NCBI RefSeq assembly: GCF_001194135.2 | Contig: NC_068984.1 | Coordinates: 132,859,922-132,923,921 of the forward strand | Direction of reading: 5' to 3' | Source: Octopus bimaculoides | Taxonomy: Eukaryota | DNA: 64,000 nucleotides | Part shown: positions 38,301 to 51,300 of the stretch, piece by piece | How the letters are laid out: each line of letters begins with the position of its first letter | Position numbering within the stretch: position 1 is the stretch's first letter | The notes under the pieces: generated by a model | The model's database searches: none | What the model was told of the DNA's origin: nothing | What the model saw: the letters and a program-made list of their open reading frames with translations, nothing else | Position numbers and translations under genes: made by a program

Positions 38301-40028
38301 ACACTGACCAGATCCAGTTTCTCACACTTTCCTCTTACGATGTCATTCTTTAAAATGGTCACATCAAAATTTCATAGCTATAAGATAATGTAAGCATTGC
38401 ATTTATCAGTAATCTGAATGCTAAAGGATGAAATTTTACATTGCATTTGGTGTGCAGTAGTGTTGATTATAGTTTGCCAATGGGCCAGCCAACACTTCGC
38501 TGTGTTTACAAGTTTTCTGACCTAATAGGCGCAGGAGTGGCTGTGTGGTAAGTAGCTTGCGTGCCAACCACATAGTTCCAGGTTCAGTCCCCCTGCTTGG
38601 CACCTTGGGCAAGTGTCTTCTACTAGAGCCTCGGGCCGACCGAAGCCTTGTGAATGGATTTGGTAGACGGAAACTGAAAGAAGCCCGTCGTATATATGTA
38701 TATATATGTGTGTGTCTGTGTTTGTCCCCCCCTCCTACCATCGCTTGACAACCGATGCTGGTTTGTTTACGTCCCCGTAACGTAGCGGTTCGGCAAAAAG
38801 AGATCAATAGAATAAGTACTAGGCTTACAAAGAATAAGTCCTTGATTTTCTCGACTAAAGGCGGTTCTCCAGCATGGCTGCAGTCAAATGACTGAAACAA
38901 GTAAAAGAGTATTGCTGATTTGCATCAGTGGAAGATATTCAAATACACACACACACATATAGTAGGCTTTTGGAGCAGTTTCTTTCTATTGAGATTATGA
39001 AAGAAAACACTATTTCAAGATGTCATGCAGCAGGTCAAATCATGTAGTTGTGGAGCAAACTTAACCACATGGAGATAGTCTCCCTCTATTGTGACAAGAT
39101 TATATGTGGTTCAGTTAAGCCTGTTTACTCGAATATGTTATCCCTTTTTATAGCCAGCTTGATTTTAATTTAGAAATTGAATGTGAGATCTTCAACTTTT
39201 TTTTTTTTTGTAGGAGCATATGAACTGATTTAAATTACAAAATATATTGTGAGTTACAACCATCACAAATCAAGCGATTCTGAAATAGCTGTTGGTTAGA
39301 CATGATGAAGCCTCTAATAAGAGAACACTATATTGCCCAGTTCTATTCTTCCAGTTTGTGATTATTAAATGTGGTGTTTAGTGGATTAATTCTCATTTCA
39401 GGGTTGTTTTTATAAATGCATAATCTATTTACTTTAAACATTTTTTTTTTTAATAGGAATGTTCCAGCGTTTAGAAAAACTAAATAAACAATGTTTTGCT
39501 AGTGTCCTTATATTTGGTGAAGATACAAAGAATTCTATCTCTGGTATATGGATCTGGCTTGGTCATGAACTAGTTTTTAATGTAAGTTGCTTGATTTTCT
39601 TAAATATTTCTTATCTTTCCCCATTACAGTGATAAATGTCTGTGCTTCATTCTACATTAGTCCTTGATGTGAACTGGTGACCAGGCATGTGGAAGCCTCT
39701 TAATAGAACTTATTAAATACTGTTTGTATCATTGTGTGTAATGTAAAGCATTTTGACGTAAACGATTCTTATGCTATATGCAGTTATTATTTGTACATTG
39801 ATTTATTTTTGTTAAAATTTTGATAGCTGCTTAATAGAACTGTAATAACTTGAAATATTTGTTTACTATTTTCAGCTCTCTCCAGATTGGGAAGTGGATT
39901 ACGATTGTTATAACTGGAAGAAATTGGACCCAGACAGTCCGGAAACAAAAACACTTGTTGATGAATATCTTAGTTGGGAGGGAAATTTTGGTGGTAAAAA
40001 GGTAAACCAAGGCAAGATATTTAAATAA
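32323..40028 (+). CDS. EEF1G: Eukaryotic translation elongation factor 1-gamma, 11 coding exons, 424 aa
   Basis: Hand-spliced exons 32323-32334, 32479-32637, 33655-33718, 33807-33949, 35606-35749, 36622-36751, 36948-37036, 37576-37658, 38037-38209, 39457-39581, 39876-40028. All introns are GT-AG with consistent phases; total 1275 nt. Protein: [26 protein letters not shown]...FPLGKVPAFES...ESNAIA (GST-like N-terminus), Lys-rich linker, [12 protein letters not shown]...YFWEHFD...GMFQRLEKL...[19 protein letters not shown]...NQGKIFK* (EF1G C-terminal domain). Confidence 0.98.
32479..32637 (+). CDS. EEF1G: EEF1G exon 2
   Basis: tttcag|ACC...AAA|gtatat; [15 protein letters not shown]...FPLGK. Confidence 0.96.
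33655..33718 (+). CDS. EEF1G: EEF1G exon 3
   Basis: cttcag|GTC...CTTG|gtaagt; [21 protein letters not shown]. Confidence 0.96.
33807..33949 (+). CDS. EEF1G: EEF1G exon 4
   Basis: ttttag|TG...CAG|gtatga; GSAQLRG...[30 protein letters not shown]. Confidence 0.96.
35606..35749 (+). CDS. EEF1G: EEF1G exon 5
   Basis: ttacag|GAA...CTG|gtaagc; [13 protein letters not shown]...[15 protein letters not shown]. Confidence 0.96.
36622..36751 (+). CDS. EEF1G: EEF1G exon 6
   Basis: ccttag|GTT...GATG|gtaaga; [25 protein letters not shown]. Confidence 0.96.
36948..37036 (+). CDS. EEF1G: EEF1G exon 7 (Lys-rich linker)
   Basis: tatcag|CT...AAA|gtaagt; [29 protein letters not shown]. Confidence 0.93.
37576..37658 (+). 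CDS. EEF1G: EEF1G exon 8
   Basis: ttttag|GAA...AAAGG|gtaaga; [27 protein letters not shown]. Confidence 0.93.
38037..38209 (+). CDS. EEF1G: EEF1G exon 9
   Basis: tttcag|G...AGAG|gtgaga; [16 protein letters not shown]...FMSANLIR. Confidence 0.96.
38528..38910 (+). mobile_element. tRNA-derived SINE family B (in EEF1G intron 9)
   Basis: ggcgcaggagtggctgtgtggtaag...ggttcagtccc head; internal (TA/TG)n; tail gactgaaacaagtaaaagagt. Copies at about 19779-20165 (+), 23828-24255 (+), 49001-49386 (+), 2745-3163 (-), 44560-44912 (-) and 56552-56910 (-). Confidence 0.9.
39457..39581 (+). CDS. EEF1G: EEF1G exon 10
   Basis: taatag|GA...AAT|gtaagt; [22 protein letters not shown]...ISGIWIW. Confidence 0.96.
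39876..40028 (+). CDS. EEF1G: EEF1G exon 11 (last coding exon)
   Basis: tttcag|CTC...AAA TAA; [25 protein letters not shown]...NQGKIFK*. Confidence 0.96.
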   Translation, partial: LSPDWEVDYDCYNWKKLDPDSPETKTLVDEYLSWEGNFGGKKVNQGKIFK

Positions 40029-40061
40029 ACACTATATATCATTGTCAAAGTAAAATCAAGT

Positions 40062-40072
40062 AATAAAATAAA
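40062..40072 (+). terminator. EEF1G poly(A) signals
   Basis: Overlapping AATAAA at 40062-40067 and 40067-40072, followed by T-rich sequence. Another AATAAA overlaps the stop codon. Confidence 0.7.
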
Positions 40073-41633
40073 ATGACTGAATTGTATATATATTTCTTTA
40101 TCTTTTGTGGCATTTGCATCTGAGATTTTCATTTGCGAACTTTGTGATGGTTGGGGTATTCTGAACAGTTTTTTGAGGGAGAGAAATGTGTCTGGGCGAC
40201 TATGAGATCTTTCTTTGAGTGTAAGAATCTGCCAGTCTTCCGCATAGCAGAAATTTTCCTAAGTTGGATGAATCTTGGTAAATCATTGAGGTAAGATGTA
40301 AAGCTTGCCTTTGATGAAATAGGCTGATGGAAATGCATATGGTGATATACTCTCTCAGAACAAGATGTCTATTTACAATGGACCTGGTAAATAGATACGT
40401 TTATTGATGAGCTTAAAATATTTCTTGCTTTAACATTTCAGGTAAGCTAAACAGTGAAAAGAAATAAGAATTTGAAGATAGGTTATATAATTTTAAAATG
40501 CAATACTCTTATTGTTGCTCGTCTTGTAGAAACTTACTGTTAGTCCTGTAGACAGGTGAAAAGGAGTCAGTGTGTGTTGATTCTTTCTTTTTTTTTTTTG
40601 TAAGAAAAATAATACTTAAAATTTTAGAAAGATAAAAAGAAAAACTCAACATGGTAGGTTCACAGCTTCAACCGTTATTCAGACTAGCGATAGACTTTTG
40701 AGACTATTGACCATATTCTGGATCCCTTCTGTAACCGTTGAAGTACACTGCCTTGTAAATTTCATTTAGCATGAAATTTTGATGGAATAATTAAAATTTA
40801 CTTCACTTCAAAAGAACCTGGAGTAATTTCAGGTAGGGTGGCATGAAAAGCATCAATCTTCATTAGTTTTTGTGTAATGTATGTACAGGATTTATCTGTA
40901 CATGGGATATACATATGCACCGTCTTATGCATGCTTTTAGGGCATGTGGGAGGGGCAGTGAAATTCTGGAAAAAAACCCCAGAAAACACTGCTGTCTTTA
41001 TGAATTAACTGCAATAAAATTGGTAAAGTTCACAAATCAGTACAGAAGATGGCCAGTGAAGGGTGTAAAAAATGCTGTAGAGTCAACATTGTGGAGATAA
41101 CAGTTGCATTCATTTTCTTAATTTAAAAAAAATTTTGATAGTGACTGCATTTCTTATAGTGAGATACACATGGTTGTGTTGCTACAGAAGAAGGTATCAT
41201 TTGAAAGCATATTTATAAAACACCTTAATTATTTTGATATTGAAAGTATTTATGACATGGGACTCAATTTTAACAGGTATCGTAGCACAGAGACAAAAGT
41301 ACATTTTGTCCTTTTGCTATTTTTGGTTTATCATGAATTATTTTGATATTAGTTAAATAGGTATCCATCTATATTGATATGACCTGACGAAGGTACACTT
41401 ACGAAATATAACAAGCACTTTCGTAAAAAACTAACATTTATTGCTATTTTTAAACGATTGCTCTTGAGTTAACTGGGACGAGATATTTGGACCTTCCTAA
41501 ATGTGGCATATGAAGATAGGAACAGGAATGGTGACATTTCATGTGTATAATTTACAGTCCTAATTTTTAAGTATATGTGTATACATTTAGCAATCTCTAT
41601 ATTGGTGTAGTTGTGTATTTGTAATGCTTTTAA

Positions 41634-41837
41634 CCCTTTCATTACCAAACTGGCTCTGAGTACAAATGTCTTGTTTTCATAAGTTTTGAATTAAAATCTT
41701 CCACCAAACCCTAGTCACAATTTATGTTCCTAACACTAGCTGAATGATAACTAAGTTATTTTATTAGATTCTTTGTTATATTTAAAATAATTGAAAGAAA
41801 AACAGAGCATCTCAAAATAAATACAGTAACAAAAGGG
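41634..41837. mobile_element. Second piggyBac-type MITE family
   Basis: TTAA flanks at 41630-41633 and 41838-41841; imperfect TIR CCCTTTCATTAC/GTAACAAAAGGG. Related inverted sequence begins at about 59883. Confidence 0.65.
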
Positions 41838-43259
41838 TTAACTTAATGTCTTTGTGCTGTAATCGTTTTATTTCAAGCACCCACCTCTCCTGTTTCAACC
41901 ACTCAACTCATTTAATTCACACTTCTTTTTATTATTACTTCATGACTGCAGTATTGGCTTCTGAATTCTTTTCTTTCCAAAGGAAGACAGAGTCCATCAT
42001 ATTTGGGGATTTTCACTGAAGCAAATAACATAAGAATCTGGATCTTTTCTCTTCTGTGGATGTTTCTCATTAGTTGGAAAGGTACTCTATTTCAAGCCTG
42101 CGTGTTCTGAACCATTAGGGCATACATTTGTTGACAGACATACAAACTTTATCACATCTACTTCATACCAACTGTTCTCAGTATTATAAATGTGGTTAGG
42201 GGAGAAACTAATGAATGTAAATATTGCAAGTTGTAAAAAAAATCTCTTAGCCTAAAAATAACTTTATGAACCCAGTGGATTTTTTTTTTCTTTTTTAAGA
42301 AATTAAAACGGTTGTCTTGTGGATTTATAACAGATTTTTACAGCACAATGTGTACTGAATAAGGGTAAGTCTGTTACTGTATAGTTAGATGCTTAGGGAG
42401 GGGTGTGTGGGGTGCTGCAGTTAAGTAGCTGATTTGTTTGTAGAAATGTAAGTTGAGCTCCTGATTGCAGTAAACAGTTATCGCTAAATAACTTGAAATA
42501 CTTTCTCTTCAAAGAAATGAGTTTTATAGGCCAAGGTAAAAAAAAAAAAAATTGCATAGAACCCTCTGGAAACATCTGGTTCTTTGTTCCATCTCCCACT
42601 GCTGTGAGAAAAGTAAATACTGTTAGAATGTTACTACATTGTAAGTTACATTCTTAGATCTGGTATAGTTTTGTAACACCTAAGAAGGGAATTCATAATT
42701 TGGTGTCCTTAGCAAGCTTGATGTGTCTGTCAAGTCTCCCCCTTACGATATATCCTCCTAACACCCCTTTCCTCTACTTTTGTCCATTCACTAGTCCCTC
42801 CTCTCCATCTCCCACTTTCCTTTCAGTCTTGCAAACTTGCCCACCAGCTCACTTTATCCAACCCTTGTTTGTTGTTACTTACATACACCTCTCTACCCAT
42901 CACATCACCTCCATCCAACTGAGGTAATTGTATATCTTCTGGAAGATATCTATTTCTGTACTTCTATTCATACTCTAACCTCTCGTCACCTGGTACAAAA
43001 CCACCTTCCTCAATATTATTCCTCCTCTCAGTTGTCTTGCAAATGACTTGGTGATCTCACTGCTGCTGATACCATGTGAAAAAAGCCACCAGTACACTCT
43101 AAAGTCGTTGGCATTAGGAAGGGCTTACAGCAGCAGAGCTTGGTGCAGTCTTCTGACTTGCCAGCTCCTGTCAAACTGTCCAACCCATGCCAGCATAGGA
43201 GAATGTTAAATAATGTTGATGAGAAACTCAAAGCTATATAATGTTTTCAGGATATAGGC

Positions 43260-43690
43260 TCGCTTATATACCAACGTGGTGATATCAAATTCCTATTCAA
43301 TGTAACTTCTGATAGGGTAGATACCAAGTTTGCACAGGACCATGCATGGTTCAACAACGTTGTGGTCTGAGAGTGCTGTTAGTGTAACCTTCACTAAATA
43401 TGTCCCTGAAGGAAAGGCCAGCACACTGTCAAACAAGATTCCCAGAGACAAAAAAATCCTCACGAGACAGGTCGAAGATCTCAAAGCAGCTGAATAGACA
43501 ACTGACGGATAGAAAGAAATCTGTCTTAACACAGATGCCAGAAATTGAAAGCAAGATCAAACTCTCTCATGAAAGGGAAAAAGCAGAGAGAGAGAGAAGG
43601 GCTGTGGAAAGCATAAAAACAAATCCCAAAGCTTTCTGTAAATTTGCACAGGAAACAGCTACAATACAATATAAAATAGGACCATTGTTC
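43260..43690 (+). mobile_element. CR1-like LINE ORF2 fragment (region between endonuclease and RT)
   Basis: HEREKAERERRAVESIKTNPKAFCKFAQ...KIGPL resembles the CR1-type 'IKxNPKxF(Y/W)...IGPL' segment. Confidence 0.6.
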
Positions 43691-44146
43691 CAAGGACCTG
43701 GCGTCAACCATGTTTGGATGGTGCTTTTTATGTACATACACACAATGGACTGCTTTCAATTTCCATCTACCAAATTCACTCACAAGGCTATGATTGGCTC
43801 AGGTCAATAGTAGAAGACAGTTATGCACAGTGCTGTGCAGTGGGTCTAAGCCAGAAACCTGGTGTCCAGGAAGCAAAATTCTTACCACACAACTACTCCT
43901 GCACCTTCTTCAGTTATTCTTTCAATAACTTTCTTCAGCCATCACACTTTTTACTCATGTCATTCTGTTATTTTAAGATTTATTTATAATTAATCATTTT
44001 TATTTGAAGAAAATTTCTCTTCATATATATATAAATTCAATAACAGGATGAATTCTTTTATAAGAATTTATCAAGTAGCTAGCGTGAAAAAAACCTCATA
44101 AGGGAAAAATCCATCATTTATTCCCTAGAATATATTTATTTATATA

Positions 44147-44268
44147 TATATAAGGGCATTACTATACAAGAATGCTTCACGCTAAACTACCATAAAAAAC
44201 ACATTTTTACATGTGTTTATTATGGTAGTTTAGCATGAGGTATTCTTGTATAGTAATGCCCTTATATA
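44147..44268. repeat. Near-perfect 58-bp-arm inverted repeat
   Basis: Arms 44147-44204 and 44211-44268; 4 differences, 2 of them G-T compatible; 6-nt loop. Confidence 0.92.
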
Positions 44269-44743
44269 AATATATATATATATTTTTTCTTTTTATTATA
44301 GTTTCAAACCAGCATCATCATAATTTCAGTTACCATTTTTCCATGCTTGCATGGATCAGACACAATTCATTAAGGCAGATTTTCTATGACTAGATGCTCT
44401 TCTTATCACCAACCCTTGTTTCCAAGCAAGGTAATATTTCCCCCATGGCAAAATGTGATTTCCACTGAAGTCTGGAGACAAAGAAACATTGCTTATATGA
44501 CAGTGATGCTCATTTACAACTATCATGTGATGTCAACCAAGGGTACACACACATCCCTTTTATCTTTTACATGTTTCAGTCATTAGACTGTGGCCATACT
44601 GGGGCACCACCTTGAAGAATTTTTAGTTGATTGAATTGACTCAGTATTTTTTTTTTAAGCCTTGTACTTATTTCATTGGTCTTTTTTGCTGAACTGCTAA
44701 GTAATGGGGATGTAAACACACCAACACGAGTTGTCAAGTGGTG

Positions 44744-44776
<33 letters not shown>

Positions 44777-45128
44777 CATACATACATACATGCAAGCTTC
44801 CTTCAGTTTCTGTCTCTCAAATCTACTTACAAGGCTTTGGTAGAAGGTGCCACACAGTGGGACTGAACCCAGAACTTTGTGGTTGAGAAGCAAGCTTCTT
44901 ATCCACACACCCACATAAAGACATAAATGAGACAGTCAGTCTCCATTGAACTAAACCAAAAACAAGGTAATATAATCTGTTTCTTTATCAAAATAGTAAC
45001 ATCAATATAATATCACATGAAATTCCATAAATTAAACATACACTCATGCACCCCCATGCACACAATGAAACAAAGAAAAGAAAAGAAAAAAAAAAAAAAA
45101 ATCTAACAAATTTATCGCATGTTAATTA

Positions 45129-45353
45129 TTAGATGCTGAAAGTTTGGTTAATGAAAACTGGATCAGAGAATTTAGATGTGACTATATAAAACAATGTTGG
45201 AAGTATAGTAAGGATCAAACATGAGGCATGAATTTCTGGTTTCTTCAGCTGAGTAATGGCAATGATTCCATAAGCATGCAAGAGCCAATGTCCAATAATT
45301 ATTACTAAATTGTTCAATTTGGTGAAATTCTCTTTGAGTAATCCTAAAACTGT
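45129..45353 (-). CDS. JKAMP: JKAMP last coding exon
   Basis: tttcag|ACA...ATC TAA; ...LVIIIGHWLLHAYGIIAI...PTLFYIVTSKFSDP. Confidence 0.95.
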   Translation of the reverse strand, partial: TVLGLLKENFTKLNNLVIIIGHWLLHAYGIIAITQLKKPEIHASCLILTILPTLFYIVTSKFSDPVFINQTFSI

Positions 45354-48300
45354 CTGAAAATAGAAAGAAACATGAAGAGAAATAAATAACAGTGTACTGA
45401 TAAAGTTAACTTGTTATTCAGGAATCATATACAAGTGTACAAGGTTGGGAATTTCATTTCATATTTATTCAAATTTAACCCTTTAGCATTCAGATTACTC
45501 TGACAAATGTAATGCTTATTTATTCACATTGTTTTGAATTAATCATGGATTATCTCATAGCTTCAAGATTTCAGTGATGTGATTTTTTTATTTTTAGGAT
45601 GACATTGTTAGATTAGTTTAGAAAAGCAAGATCTGGTCAGTTTGAGCATAAAACAGGGAGATATATTTTGGCTGGATATGGCTGGCTTAAATGCTAAAGG
45701 GTTAAAAAATAAAAATTAGATTTTGGGGTTAAAAATTGGTAAAAATGAGTTTTCTAAGGTTGATAGCACAAATAGGGAAGAAAATAATTTGAATATATTT
45801 TTTTTCAAAACTGAAATTTAAATTCAAATTCAAATTACAATTTAATCAAAATGACAACATTTATAATATGAATTCCATGACAAAGTCCAATCTTTGTTGC
45901 AGTGTGGTGGCTTGTATGCCTCAATGAGTCTGAGAGGGATGCCAGCAGAATGTAAGGTCTCCCATGCTGGACAGGTCAAAGGATAGAGGCAAGACTAATA
46001 TGGACCACCTCTTCCCAGAGGTAAAAATGGGTTTGCATAGGGCGAAAACCTTAATGTAGAGGAAAGAAAAGCAAAGTTACAGAAGCATCAATGACAATCC
46101 AAAACCAACAAGGCCTGGGAGAGTCCAGAGTTAAGAACTGTAGAGGAAAGTCATTGATAGCCTATGCTTCATAGGGAACAAAGGGGCTTGAGCAAGTAAT
46201 ATGAATAGCTAAAACATTTTTCTTTTTTTATTGGTAATTAATTCAAATTTCAATTAACTGAAATTTGACAAGATTTTCTAAAATTCAACCTAAAACTTAA
46301 GAGACAAAAAAATTTGAAACAATCTTTATTAATGATATTTATTAATTTTTAAATCAGTTATACACAAAACTATCTTACCTGCTCTTCACAATGTGCAAGG
46401 TGTGTTGCATGTGTTGCTAGAGACAACACTATCAAAATATATGGATAAGCATAATCTGGAAAGAGAAATGTAAATCAGATCAAATATCGTTGCATTAACT
46501 CACATAGATATATTATTAATGATATACATAACTTGAAATACTCATACTCATTCGAAATTACTTTTCTATAATCTTAAATTTATATACACTTGGCAAACAC
46601 TTTAGCCATGCAGTTATTTTCAAGCTTAGCTACACTTCTTTATGTCATTACAAGTACAAAGAATGTGAGGTTAAGGTGCTGGGTTACTGACTTTCATGGT
46701 CATATTTGCATCTGAGCAGATCTGGCCATGTAAGTGATCTGTCAAGCATGAGTCATTTTCACAGGTGTAAAACTGTACAAACTTGATATGGATATGTTAA
46801 AAATGATGGTACAAGAAATACAATGGGAGAAAGAACAAGGCACACGTTTTAGGTCAGGTGTGACGAAAAGGGTGAAGGAACTTTAACCAAAGGTTCTTGG
46901 TTTAGGGTCACATCTGAAGGACGTTATGGTTCAGGAAAAATGGGAGTTGTAACCAGATCAGATTGGAGAAAGTAGAAATTATGAAAGCTGGTGCGTTGAA
47001 GATGCCATTTGGCAAAGAGAAGAAGAAAAAAATGTGTTGTGCAGGACAGGAGGTGGGGGAGGGCAGTGAATGACTTGGACTCAGTGATGGGTAACATCAA
47101 CAATGGTTTGGGAGTAACCCCCTTATCAGGTCCAGAAAGAATTTGAGGGTGAGCAGACTTATGGGGAATAACTATAAAGAGATTTAATGCTCATGCTACA
47201 AAGAAGTTGGAAAGGTAAAAGAGTGAGAGAAGTTGAAGCAAAGGACCTGGTTGGTGTCATGGATGTGGGATGAGAGCTGCAACCAAAAGGGTCAGAGTTT
47301 GTGAAGGTATTTAGTGATGAATTCAGTNNNNNNNNNNNNNNNNNNNNNNNNNNNNNNNNNNNNNNNNNNNNNNNNNNNNNNNNNNNNNNNNNNNNNNNNN
47401 NNNNNNNGGGAATGTTACAAATGGAAACAATGGTGCAGCTGGATTTACTGGGGAGGAAATAAATGGTGAAAGTTGATAGTGTGTGAACAGAATGAGATGA
47501 GCTGCTGTATAGTAGTAGAGACACGTTGTGTAGACTGAGATAGAAAAGATCTTGTAGCTGTCAGCTCGCCACACAACAGCACCACCATTTTCAGTAAGTT
47601 TGACAACAATGTTGCTGTCTTGGTAGGGTGCAAAGAGCTGCATTGGAAAGATGTTCATGTATCCCAATTGCTTGTAGAAATGAGAGACTACATCAAGTTG
47701 GTGCATACTAATGAAATGATCAATCAAGTTGAACTGACAAGGTCAGAAGAATCTGACAGAACCGGCTTGAGGTCAATAAACAATCAATGGCACAGGATTC
47801 AGTTTTTCTGTTAAAAACAATGCTTGGAGTTTAGTGAGATGCAGGAAATGCTCAGTATAGGTCCTTGACTCAAACTCATTCACAGTACAAGTGAGGGATG
47901 TAAAGTAGAGATCTCTAATAAAGACTGAATGCTTGGCATCAGGAAGGGAAGGTCTGGGTTAGAGTCACTATGGCATATGGAGAATGAAAGATGCAGTTGT
48001 AAGTATGTTGTTGGCACTCCGTCGCTTACGACGTCGAGGGTTCCAGTTGATCCGATCAATGGAACAGCCTGCTCGTGAAATTAACGTGCAAGTGGCTGAG
48101 CACTCCACAGACACATGTACCCTTAACGTAGTTCTCGGGGATATTCAGCGTGGCCCTTTGAATTACAGGTACAACAGAAACAGGAAGTAAGAGTGAGAGA
48201 AAGTTGTGGTGGAAGAGTACAGCAGGGTTCGCCACCATCCCCTGCCGGAGCCTCATGGAGCTTTAGGTGTTTTCGCTCAATAAACACTCACAACGCCCAG

Positions 48301-51300
48301 GCTGGGAATCGAAACCACGATCCTATGACCGCGAGTCCGCTGCCCTAACCACTGGGCCATTGCGCCTCCACTGTTAGTATGTAAGCACACACAAATATGA
48401 GAAGTTGGTCCATGATTTGACAGAGCTCACAGGCTTTGTTGTTGAAGAGAAAGTGAAAAAAAGTAGCTGGTTAAAGCAGTGGAAATGGAACAAGCAAGTT
48501 GGAGATGTAAGATGAAAGAAAGGTGATAGGACTGGTCAAAGTCACAGTCCAGAACATTAGAGAGAAAGACTAATTTCACTGTTACTAGGAGTTGTCAGGA
48601 CAGAATCTACCTTACTATAATATATACAATGACAGCGGCTATAATAGAAAATTGAATATTGCTACTGTATAAACAAACTTACATAACAAACCACCAAATA
48701 CTGCCTGTAAGCATATTAATAGTGGGAAGAAATAGAGAGCAGCATAAATTGATGTGGTTCCTTTTTTGTTGACACAGTTGTAGGAGAGCAAAGGTCGGAT
48801 AAGCAGCATCAGGCCCAGTGCAAATGCATAATAGATGATAACTATTGTGTACCTAATGTTGAAGAGAAAAATATTGCAGATTAGTTCAATATTATAAACA
48901 TTTACAGAATGCATAACTGTATCTGACATGACAAATGTTAGACTTAAATATCAAATAAAAGCTGATAGATATTTAAAAAAAAAACGTTAATTATATCATA
49001 GGCAAAGGTGTAACTGTGTGGTTAGAAGTCTGCATTCCCAACCACATGGTTTCAGGTTCAGTCCCATTGCATGGTACCTTGGGCAAGTGTCTTCTACTAC
49101 AGCCACAGGCCAACCAAAGCCTTGTCAGTGGATTTGGTAGATGGAAACTGAGAGAAGCCTGTTGTGTATATGTGTGTGTGTTTGTGTCTGTATCCCCCAC
49201 CACTGCTTGACAACTGGTGTTGGTGTGTTTATATCTCCATAACTTAGTGGTTCAGCAATTGAGACCAATAGAATAAGTACCAAAAGCTTAAAAAAATAAG
49301 TATTGTGATTGATTCATGCATCTAAAAAAAATTCATCAAGTTTGTGCCCCAGCATGGCCAGTCTAATGACTGAAACAAAGTAAAAAATAAAAAAGAGATA
49401 TCACAAAACAAATTCAGGAGCTCACTTACAATGGATATACAATTTCTTGAGTACAATAAACAGTGTCTACATAATTTGTTGATGGGTTGTACCAGAGAGT
49501 ATACCAGTCTGAGAGACGCTTTACTGGACATGACCAGATTGATAGTTTCCCTTTAGGATCGAACATAAGTAAAGTAAATATTGCAGACATGAAGCATTCA
49601 AAGAGCGCAGACAGATGCAGTGGTATTAGTGTCCATGATATTCTAGAAAATGAAACAAAACAGATTAATTAATAAGCAGTAATTCTTTTCATCATCATTT
49701 ATTCATATTACATAAATAATGAAACCAAGGTTTTTTTTCTTATAAGACGTTCCTTATTGAATGAAGGACTAAGTTGAAGTGCTGATGGCTGAATCAACAG
49801 AAGACCGGATTACAACCAAAAAAAGCCAGCAATTCATATTCTGTCACCAGCATTGCACTATGTAAACAGTTCATTGCTCGAAGTAGTATGACTCTAAAAG
49901 GTGGCGAGCTGGCAGAAACGTTAGCACGCTGGGCGAAAAGCTTAGCGGTATTTCGTCTCTTTACATTCTGAGTTCAAATTCTGCCGAGGTCGACTTTTCC
50001 TTTCTTCTTTTTGGGGTCAATAAATTAAGTACCAGTTGCATACTGGGGTCGATCTAATCAACTGGGCTCCCTCCCCAAAAATTTCAGGCCTTGTGCCTAG
50101 AGTAGAAAAGAAGTAGTATCACTCTAATATTGAATTGTGTCATTGGTTTATAAAGTTGAATTCAACTTCTACTATAAATACTGTTAAAAGAGGTAATAAT
50201 ACACCGGACACCGTAGTTCTAAAAAGAAGAAAAAGACAGGATAATCATGGCTACAACACCTTTGATTATAAGTCTGGTTGGTCACTGCTGACCTGAGGAT
50301 AAGCACCAAAATTAGTTTTGCTTCCTTCCATCAAATAATATTGTCATGAAGGGAATGACTACTATAACATCTTATCTAATATATCATTCATGTATGTCTA
50401 CTATGGCAACAGTAGCCAAGGTCTTTGACCCTTAAACGAGAATCGAAGTGTTTTCAACTTTTAAGAAATTTTGTGGAAATGAAGTACAATTCATTGTATT
50501 TATGAGGATTCTGTAGACTCAGAGCATTAGACTAGATTCATTGTGGCTTCTACAGTTGAAATCTTATAACGGTTTAATGAGCTTTTAATCTTTCCAAAGT
50601 TTACAAAATCACCTCAACAGCTATGGCAAAGACAAGAACTTTTAATTACATCAATTGTCAAAAGAAACCCAGTGAAAATTACAATGTCTTTGCAAAACTT
50701 ACCTGGATCTGCGATTCTTATATTCTACAAAAAACCAATGGAGAATCAAAGGTATGAGGGCCATGAATCCTAAATACAGACAGTCATAGAATGGAGGGAG
50801 CTCATTACACATTTCACATATGGATACTGCATTGGGCTGGTAACCACGGGGACAAGCCTGCAGGAAAGAAACAAATGTGATGAGTGAATCATCAATAATT
50901 ATTGGAAAATATATAAAAAGAAAATCAATAGAAATCAAAACAATACTAATTAAGGAGTTTATATTATATCAACAGAGATTATAATCTTAATTCTAAAGAA
51001 ATTTTATCTGTAATTGTTATAGATTCTCTTTATCTGTTCCTTTGACTATGCTTCCTGTATTTCTTTTTAGACGAGGGGCAGCTACATCCCTCTTCAAGTC
51101 CTTTTTATTCTGGATATACATATATATGGTGAAAGCATGTGGCTTAATGGTTAGGGTATTTGGCACACAATCATAGCACCGTGACTTCGATACCTGGAGG
51201 CACATCATGCGTTTGAGCAAGACACTTCATTTAACGTTGCTTCAGTTCACTCAGCTGGCAAAAATGAGTAGTACATGTATCTTAAAGGGTCAGCTTTGTC

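Noticed and set aside
41383-41415. CTGACGA...GAAA hammerhead-like core
   Set aside because: Stem II has only 3 bp with a 2-nt offset, and no stem I or III partner is visible; at best a dead remnant.
48300-48371. tRNA-like sequences with A and B boxes (also at the heads of SINE families A and B)
   Set aside because: They are SINE heads continuous with SINE bodies and TSDs, with no intact cloverleaf; not tRNA genes.
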